Part shown: piece by piece, positions 56,201 to 64,000 of the stretch | Position numbering within the stretch: position 1 is the stretch's first letter | Layout of the letters: every line of letters begins with the position of its first letter | NCBI GenBank assembly: GCA_964057225.1 | Contig: CAXKVF010000072.1 | Coordinates: 867,073-931,072 of the forward strand | Direction of reading: 5' to 3' | Source: Auanema rhodensis | Taxonomy: Eukaryota > Animalia > Nematoda | DNA length: 64,000 nucleotides | Notes under the pieces: generated by a model | What the model saw: only the letters and a program-made list of their open reading frames with translations | What the model was told of the DNA's origin: nothing | Database searches by the model: none | Translations under genes and position numbers: made by a program

Positions 56201-59200
56201 AACCGCATTTCTTTATCTTTCACGTGAAGCGAGTTACATACCAAGTGCACATCACGTGTACATTTAATTAGCATAAATTAAAGTTCACGTAAATTTCAAA
56301 GTCATGGTTACCATGAACCAATATCAAAAAAAATTAGTTTTTAGACTAATATCGACATGGGGAATCTAATTTTGAAAACCGCATTTCTTTATCTTTCACG
56401 TGAAGCGAGTTACATACCAAGTGCACATCACGTGTACATTTAATTAGCATAAATTAAAGTTCACGTAAATTTCAAAGTCATGGTTACCATGAAGCAATAT
56501 CAATAAAAATTTGTTTTTAGACTAATATGGACATGGGGAATATAATTTTGAAAACCGCATCTCTTTATCTTTCACGTGAAGCGAGTTACATACCAAGTGC
56601 ACATCACGTGTACATTTAATTAGCATAAATTAAAGTTCACGTAAATTTCAAAGTCATGGTTGCCATTAAGCAATATCAATAAAAATTTGTTTTTAGACTA
56701 ATATGGACATGGGGAATCTAATTTTGAAAACCGCATCTCTTTATCTTTCACGTGAAGCGAGTTACATACCAAGTGCACATCACGTGTACATTTAATTAGC
56801 ATAAATTAAAGTTCACGTAAATTTCAAAGTCATGGTTACCATGAACCAATATCAATAAAAATTTGTTTTTAGACTAATATGGACATGGGGAATCTAATTT
56901 TGAAAACCGCATCTCTTTATCTTTCACGTGAAGCGAGTTACATACCAAGTGCACATCACGTGTACATTTAATTAGCATAAATTAAAGTTCACGTAAATTT
57001 CAAAGTCATGGTTACCATGCACCAATATCAATAAAAATTTGTTTTTAGACTAATATGGACATGGGGAATCTAATTTTGAAAACCGCATCTCTTTATCTTT
57101 CACGTGAAGCGAGTTACATACCAAGTGCACATCACGTGTACATTTAATTAGCATAAATTAAAGTTCACGTAAATTTCAAAGTCATGGTTACCATGCACCA
57201 ATATCAATAAAAATTTGTTTTTAGACTAATATGGACATGGGGAATCTAATTTTGAAAACCGCATCTCTTTATCTTTCACGTGAAGCGAGTTACATACCAA
57301 GTGCACATCACGTGTACATTTAATTAGCATAAATTAAAGTTCACGTAAATTTCAAAGTCATGGTTACCATGAAGCAATATCAATAAAAATTTGTTTTTAG
57401 ACTAATATGGACATGAGGAATCTAATTTTGAAAACCGCATCTCTTTATCTTTCACGTGAAGCGAGTTACATACCAAGTGCACATCACGTGTACATTTAAT
57501 TAGCATAAATTAAAGTTCACGTAAATTTCAAAGTCATGGTTACCATGAACCAATATCAATAAAAATTTGTTTTTAGACTAATATGGACATGGGGAATCTA
57601 ATTTTGAAAACCGCATCTCTTTATCTTTCACGTGAAGCGAGTTACATACCAAGTGCACATCACGTGTACATTTAATTAGCATAAATTAAAGTTCACGTAA
57701 ATTTCAAAGTCATGGTTACCATGAAGCAATATCAATAAAAATTTGTTTTTAGACTAATATGGACATGGGGAATCTAATTTTGAAAACCGCATCTCTTTAT
57801 CTTTCACGTGAAGCGAGTTACATACCAAGTGCACATCACGTGTACATTTAATTAGCATAAATTAAAGTTCACGTAAATTTCAAAGTCATGGTTACCATGA
57901 AGCAATATCAATAAAAATTTGTTTTTAGACTAATATGGACATGGGGAATCTAATTTTGAAAACCGCATTTCTTTATCTTTCACGTGAAGCGAGTTACATA
58001 CCAAGTGCACATCACGTGTACATTTAATTAGCATAAATTAAAGTTCACGTAAATTTCAAAGTCATGGTTACCATGAACCAATATCAATAAAAATTAGTTT
58101 TTAGACTAATATGGACATGGGGAATCTAATTTTGAAAACCGCATTTCTTTATCTTTCACGTGAAGCGAGTTACATACCAAGTGCACATCACGTGTACATT
58201 TAATTAGCATAAATTAAAGTTCACGTAAATTTCAAAGTCATGGTTACCATGAAGCAATATCAATAAAAATTTGTTTTTAGACTAATATGGACATGGGGAA
58301 TATAATTTTGAAAACCGCATCTCTTTATCTTTCACGTGAAGCGAGTTACATACCAAGTGCACATCACGTGTACATTTAATTAGCATAAATTAAAGTTCAC
58401 GTAAATTTCAAAGTCATGGTTACCATGAAGCAATATCAATAAAAATTTGTTTTTAGACTAATATGGACATGGGGAATATAATTTTGAAAACCGCATCTCT
58501 TTATCTTTCACGTGAAGCGAGTTACATACCAAGTGCACATCACGTGTACATTTAATTAGCATGAATTAAAGTTCACGTAAATTTCAAAGTCATGGTTACC
58601 ATGAACCAATATCAATAAAAATTTGTTTTTAGACTAATATGGACATGGGGAATCTAATTTTGAAAACCGCATCTCTTTATCTTTCACGTGAAGCGAGTTA
58701 CATACCAAGTGCACATCACGTGTACATTTAATTAGCATAAATTAAAGTTCACGTAAATTTCAAAGTCATGGTTACCATGAAGCAATATCAATAAAAATTT
58801 GTTTTTAGACTAATATGGACATGGGGAATCTAATTTTGAAAACCGCATCTCTTTATCTTTCACGTGAAGCGAGTTACATACCAAGTGCACATCACGTGTA
58901 CATTTAATTAGCATGAATTAAAGTTCACGTAAATTTCAAAGTCACGTTACCATGAACCAATATCAATAAAAATTTGTTTTTAGACTAATTTGGACATGGG
59001 GAATCTAATTTTGAAAACCGCATCTCTTTATCTTTCACGTGAAGCGAGTTACATACCAAGTGCACATCACGTGTACATTTAATTAGCATAAATTAAAGTT
59101 CACGTAAATTTCAAAGTCATGGTTACCATGCACCAATATCAATAAAAATTTGTTTTTAGACTAATATGGACATGGGGAATCTAATTTTGAAAACCGCATC

Positions 59201-62200
59201 TCTTTATCTTTCACGTGAAGCGAGTTACATACCAAGTGCACATCACGTGTACATTTAATTAGCATAAATTAAAGTTCACGTAAATTTCAAAGTCATGGTT
59301 ACCATGCACCAATATCAATAAAAATTTGTTTTTAGACTAATATGGACATGGGGAATCTAATTTTGAAAACCGCATCTCTTTATCTTTCACGTGAAGCGAG
59401 TTACATACCAAGTGCACATCACGTGTACATTTAATTAGCATAAATTAAAGTTCACGTAAATTTCAAAGTCATGGTTACCATGCACCAATATCAATAAAAA
59501 TTTGTTTTTAGACTAATATGGACATGGGGAATCTAATTTTGAAAACCGCATCTCTTTATCTTTCACGTGAAGCGAGTTACATACCAAGTGCACATCACGT
59601 GTACATTTAATTAGCATAAATTAAAGTTCACGTAAATTTCAAAGTCATGGTTACCATGAAGCAATATCAATAAAAATTTGTTTTTAGACTAATATGGACA
59701 TGGGGAATCTAATTTTGAAAACCGCATTTCTTTATCTTTCACGTGAAGCGAGTTACATACCAAGTGCACATCACGTGTACATTTAATTAGCATAAATTAA
59801 AGTTCACGTAAATTTCAAAGTCATGGTTACCATGAACCAATATCAAAAAAAATTAGTTTTTAGACTAATATCGACATGGGGAATCTAATTTTGAAAACCG
59901 CATTTCTTTATCTTTCACGTGAAGCGAGTTACATACCAAGTGCACATCACGTGTACATTTAATTAGCATAAATTAAAGTTCACGTAAATTTCAAAGTCAT
60001 GGTTACCATGAAGCAATATCAATAAAAATTTGTTTTTAGACTAATATGGACATGGGGAATATAATTTTGAAAACCGCATCTCTTTATCTTTCACGTGAAG
60101 CGAGTTACATACCAAGTGCACATCACGTGTACATTTAATTAGCATAAATTAAAGTTCACGTAAATTTCAAAGTCATGGTTGCCATTAAGCAATATCAATA
60201 AAAATTTGTTTTTAGACTAATATGGACATGGGGAATCTAATTTTGAAAACCGCATCTCTTTATCTTTCACGTGAAGCGAGTTACATACCAAGTGCACATC
60301 ACGTGTACATTTAATTAGCATGAATTAAAGTTCACGTAAATTTCAAAGTCATGGTTACCATGAACCAATATCAATAAAAATTTGTTTTTAGACTAATATG
60401 GACATGGGGAATCTAATTTTGAAAACCGCATCTCTTTATCTTTCACGTGAAGCGAGTTACATACCAAGTGCACATCACGTGTACATTTAATTAGCATAAA
60501 TTAAAGTTCACGTAAATTTCAAAGTCATGGTTACCATGAACCAATATCAATAAAAATTTGTTTTTAGACTAATATGGACATGGGGAATCTAATTTTGAAA
60601 ACCGCATCTCTTTATCTTTCACGTGAAGCGAGTTACATACCAAGTGCACATCACGTGTACATTTAATTAGCATAAATTAAAGTTCACGTAAATTTCAAAG
60701 TCATGGTTACCATGCACCAATATCAATAAAAATTTGTTTTTAGACTAATATGGACATGGGGAATCTAATTTTGAAAACCGCATCTCTTTATCTTTCACGT
60801 GAAGCGAGTTACATACCAAGTGCACATCACGTGTACATTTAATTAGCATAAATTAAAGTTCACGTAAATTTCAAAGTCATGGTTACCATGCACCAATATC
60901 AATAAAAATTTGTTTTTAGACTAATATGGACATGGGGAATCTAATTTTGAAAACCGCATCTCTTTATCTTTCACGTGAAGCGAGTTACATACCAAGTGCA
61001 CATCACGTGTACATTTAATTAGCATAAATTAAAGTTCACGTAAATTTCAAAGTCATGGTTACCATGAAGCAATATCAATAAAAATTTGTTTTTAGACTAA
61101 TATGGACATGAGGAATCTAATTTTGAAAACCGCATCTCTTTATCTTTCACGTGAAGCGAGTTACATACCAAGTGCACATCACGTGTACATTTAATTAGCA
61201 TAAATTAAAGTTCACGTAAATTTCAAAGTCATGGTTACCATGAACCAATATCAATAAAAATTTGTTTTTAGACTAATATGGACATGGGGAATCTAATTTT
61301 GAAAACCGCATCTCTTTATCTTTCACGTGAAGCGAGTTACATACCAAGTGCACATCACGTGTACATTTAATTAGCATAAATTAAAGTTCACGTAAATTTC
61401 AAAGTCATGGTTACCATGAAGCAATATCAATAAAAATTTGTTTTTAGACTAATATGGACATGGGGAATCTAATTTTGAAAACCGCATCTCTTTATCTTTC
61501 ACGTGAAGCGAGTTACATACCAAGTGCACATCACGTGTACATTTAATTAGCATAAATTAAAGTTCACGTAAATTTCAAAGTCATGGTTACCATGAAGCAA
61601 TATCAATAAAAATTTGTTTTTAGACTAATATGGACATGGGGAATCTAATTTTGAAAACCGCATTTCTTTATCTTTCACGTGAAGCGAGTTACATACCAAG
61701 TGCACATCACGTGTACATTTAATTAGCATAAATTAAAGTTCACGTAAATTTCAAAGTCATGGTTACCATGAACCAATATCAATAAAAATTAGTTTTTAGA
61801 CTAATATGGACATGGGGAATCTAATTTTGAAAACCGCATTTCTTTATCTTTCACGTGAAGCGAGTTACATACCAAGTGCACATCACGTGTACATTTAATT
61901 AGCATAAATTAAAGTTCACGTAAATTTCAAAGTCATGGTTACCATGAAGCAATATCAATAAAAATTTGTTTTTAGACTAATATGGACATGGGGAATATAA
62001 TTTTGAAAACCGCATCTCTTTATCTTTCACGTGAAGCGAGTTACATACCAAGTGCACATCACGTGTACATTTAATTAGCATAAATTAAAGTTCACGTAAA
62101 TTTCAAAGTCATGGTTACCATGAAGCAATATCAATAAAAATTTGTTTTTAGACTAATATGGACATGGGGAATATAATTTTGAAAACCGCATCTCTTTATC

Positions 62201-64000
62201 TTTCACGTGAAGCGAGTTACATACCAAGTGCACATCACGTGTACATTTAATTAGCATAAATTAAAGTTCACGTAAATTTCAAAGTCATGGTTACCATGAA
62301 GCAATATCAATAAAAATTTGTTTTTAGACTAATATGGACATGGGGAATCTAATTTTGAAAACCGCATCTCTTTATCTTTCACGTGAAGCGAGTTACATAC
62401 CAAGTGCACATCACGTGTACATTTAATTAGCATAAATTAAAGTTCACGTAAATTTCAAAGTCATGGTTACCATGAAGCAATATCAATAAAAATTTGTTTT
62501 TAGACTAATATGGACATGGGGAATCTAATTTTGAAAACCGCATTTCTTTATCTTTCACGTGAAGCGAGTTACATACCAAGTGCACATCACGTGTACATTT
62601 AATTAGCATAAATTAAAGTTCACGTAAATTTCAAAGTCATGGTTACCATGAACCAATATCAATAAAAATTAGTTTTTAGACTAATATGGACATGGGGAAT
62701 CTAATTTTGAAAACCGCATTTCTTTATCTTTCACGTGAAGCGAGTTACATACCAAGTGCACATCACGTGTACATTTAATTAGCATAAATTAAAGTTCACG
62801 TAAATTTCAAAGTCATGGTTACCATGAAGCAATATCAATAAAAATTTGTTTTTAGACTAATATGGACATGGGGAATATAATTTTGAAAACCGCATCTCTT
62901 TATCTTTCACGTGAAGCGAGTTACATACCAAGTGCACATCACGTGTACATTTAATTAGCATAAATTAAAGTTCACGTAAATTTCAAAGTCATGGTTACCA
63001 TGAAGCAATATCAATAAAAATTTGTTTTTAGACTAATATGGACATGGGGAATATAATTTTGAAAACCGCATCTCTTTATCTTTCACGTGAAGCGAGTTAC
63101 ATACCAAGTGCACATCACGTGTACATTTAATTAGCATGAATTAAAGTTCACGTAAATTTCAAAGTCATGGTTACCATGAACCAATATCAATAAAAATTTG
63201 TTTTTAGACTAATATGGACATGGGGAATCTAATTTTGAAAACCGCATCTCTTTATCTTTCACGTGAAGCGAGTTACATACCAAGTGCACATCACGTGTAC
63301 ATTTAATTAGCATAAATTAAAGTTCACGTAAATTTCAAAGTCATGGTTACCATGAAGCAATATCAATAAAAATTTGTTTTTAGACTAATATGGACATGGG
63401 GAATCTAATTTTGAAAACCGCATCTCTTTATCTTTCACGTGAAGCGAGTTACATACCAAGTGCACATCACGTGTACATTTAATTAGCATGAATTAAAGTT
63501 CACGTAAATTTCAAAGTCACGTTACCATGAACCAATATCAATAAAAATTTGTTTTTAGACTAATTTGGACATGGGGAATCTAATTTTGAAAACCGCATCT
63601 CTTTATCTTTCACGTGAAGCGAGTTACATACCAAGTGCACATCACGTGTACATTTAATTAGCATAAATTAAAGTTCACGTAAATTTCAAAGTCATGGTTA
63701 CCATGCACCAATATCAATAAAAATTTGTTTTTAGACTAATATGGACATGGGGAATCTAATTTTGAAAACCGCATCTCTTTATCTTTCACGTGAAGCGAGT
63801 TACATACCAAGTGCACATCACGTGTACATTTAATTAGCATAAATTAAAGTTCACGTAAATTTCAAAGTCATGGTTACCATGCACCAATATCAATAAAAAT
63901 TTGTTTTTAGACTAATATGGACATGGGGAATCTAATTTTGAAAACCGCATCTCTTTATCTTTCACGTGAAGCGAGTTACATACCAAGTGCACATCACGTG
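50300..64000 (+). repeat. Variable-length higher-order repeat domain (marker spacings of 9-26 monomers)
   Basis: GTTGCC at 50502/52086/53846/56662/60181; CATGAGG at 51432/54776/57416/61111; ATCGAC at 56353/59872; GTCACGTTAC at 58945/63520. Confidence 0.88.

Larger units (their letters stand above)
1..64000 (+). repeat. Homogeneous 176-bp tandem satellite DNA array (363 full monomers + 116-bp partial), probably centromeric/pericentromeric; runs off both window ends
   Basis: CAATATCAATAAAAA restarts at 1, 177, 353, 529, 705, 881 and so on. The window ends at monomer position 116, and 64000+4-116=363x176 after the observed indels (deletions near 1450, 18137, 26356, 27177, 58945, 63520; insertions near 37942, 40231). 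GC is 56/176. No inversion or foreign sequence seen. The array is directly visible; the centromeric role is inference. Confidence 0.99.

Noticed and set aside
1-64000. CRISPR array or repeat-spacer/cassette system suggested by the palindromic repeats
   Set aside because: No unique spacers: the whole 176-bp unit is repeated, and no cas, integrase or other gene is present.
1-64000. Synthetic or collapsed-assembly artefact
   Set aside because: Nested, position-specific variants and non-identical duplicate blocks look like a real resolved array, although individual blocks need read support.

Overview
The whole 64,000-bp window is one uninterrupted, head-to-tail, single-orientation tandem array of a 176-bp AT-rich (~32% GC) satellite monomer. 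It holds 363 complete copies plus a 116-bp partial copy, and the phase reconciles exactly with 8 single-base indels (net -4). Consensus: CAATATCAATAAAAATTTGTTTTTAGACTAATATGGACATGGGGAATCTAATTTTGAAAACCGCATCTCTTTATCTTTCACGTGAAGCGAGTTACATACCAAGTGCACATCACGTGTACATTTAATTAGCATAAATTAAAGTTCACGTAAATTTCAAAGTCATGGTTACCATGAAC. Copies typically differ from it at 0-4 positions. I see no genes, RNA genes, transposon insertions, inversions or CRISPR spacers; the three 60-aa ORFs are satellite read-throughs caused by loss of a single stop codon. Monomer length, homogeneity, dense short dyads and a 7/9 CENP-B-box-like 17-mer fit a eukaryotic centromeric or pericentromeric satellite, but that is inference, and I cannot assign the family or species. 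The informative structure lies in shared rare variants. They define regional variant domains, nested block duplications (5-, 8-, 10-, 13-, 21/26- and 30-monomer offsets), long-range copied haplotypes, and a higher-order repeat at 50-64 kb that lengthens and gains markers from left to right. All variant positions were read by eye and should be confirmed by alignment.
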